Below the pieces are notes generated by a model, which worked only from the letters and a program-made list of their open reading frames with translations, had not been told where the DNA came from and did not search any database. Of a DNA stretch of 20,708 nucleotides, positions 20,594 through 20,708 are shown in pieces (the first letter of the stretch is position 1; every line of letters begins with the position of its first letter). A program made the position numbers and the translations under genes. Origin of the DNA: Lepidodermella squamata (lineage: Eukaryota; Animalia; Gastrotricha); NCBI GenBank assembly GCA_047495785.1, contig JBLDXI010000134.1:1-20708 (forward strand), in the 5' to 3' direction.

Positions 20594-20708
20594 TTATTTG
20601 TCAATTCTCTTCATATTTTTGAAATCATACTGCCACTTTCTTGCTAGGGACCTCAGTGATTAATCTTATTTTCAAAATGTCTCTTCGATTTTTCACGCCA
20701 ACATTTTT

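Noticed and set aside
1-20708. Prokaryotic interpretation (lipoproteins with LxxC lipoboxes, nupC operon, CRISPR)
   Set aside because: Every gene needs GT-AG introns to be complete, the CNTs have the eukaryotic N-terminal extension, and there is no repeat-spacer array.

Overview
Eukaryotic DNA, probably from a compact-genome invertebrate (about 50-nt GT-AG introns, many ending TTTCAG). The ORF track is fragmented because every gene is spliced. Spliced by hand, the window holds four things. (1) Eight distinct paralogues (A-H, about 238-253 aa; 11 copies in all) of a secreted cysteine-rich protein family I do not recognise. Each has a signal peptide, an N-terminal Cys, a Ser/Thr spacer, a CxxGxxC-repeat linker and a conserved C-terminal domain made of two internal repeats. 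The paralogues fall into a 10-Cys class (type I) and an 8-Cys class (type II), and three times a type I-ended gene sits head-to-head with a type II gene. (2) Two tandem SLC28/CNT concentrative nucleoside transporter genes. (3) A divergent prohibitin-like gene with an acidic tail. (4) A near-perfect 6.1-kb inverted duplication (1..6127 mirrored at 6669..12795; position i maps to 12796-i) whose fold-back point lies inside the second CNT gene. Its structure fits an amplification or assembly fold-back chimera as well as a real palindrome. The most promising new biology is the paired type I/type II family, which may encode co-expressed disulfide-linked heterodimers.
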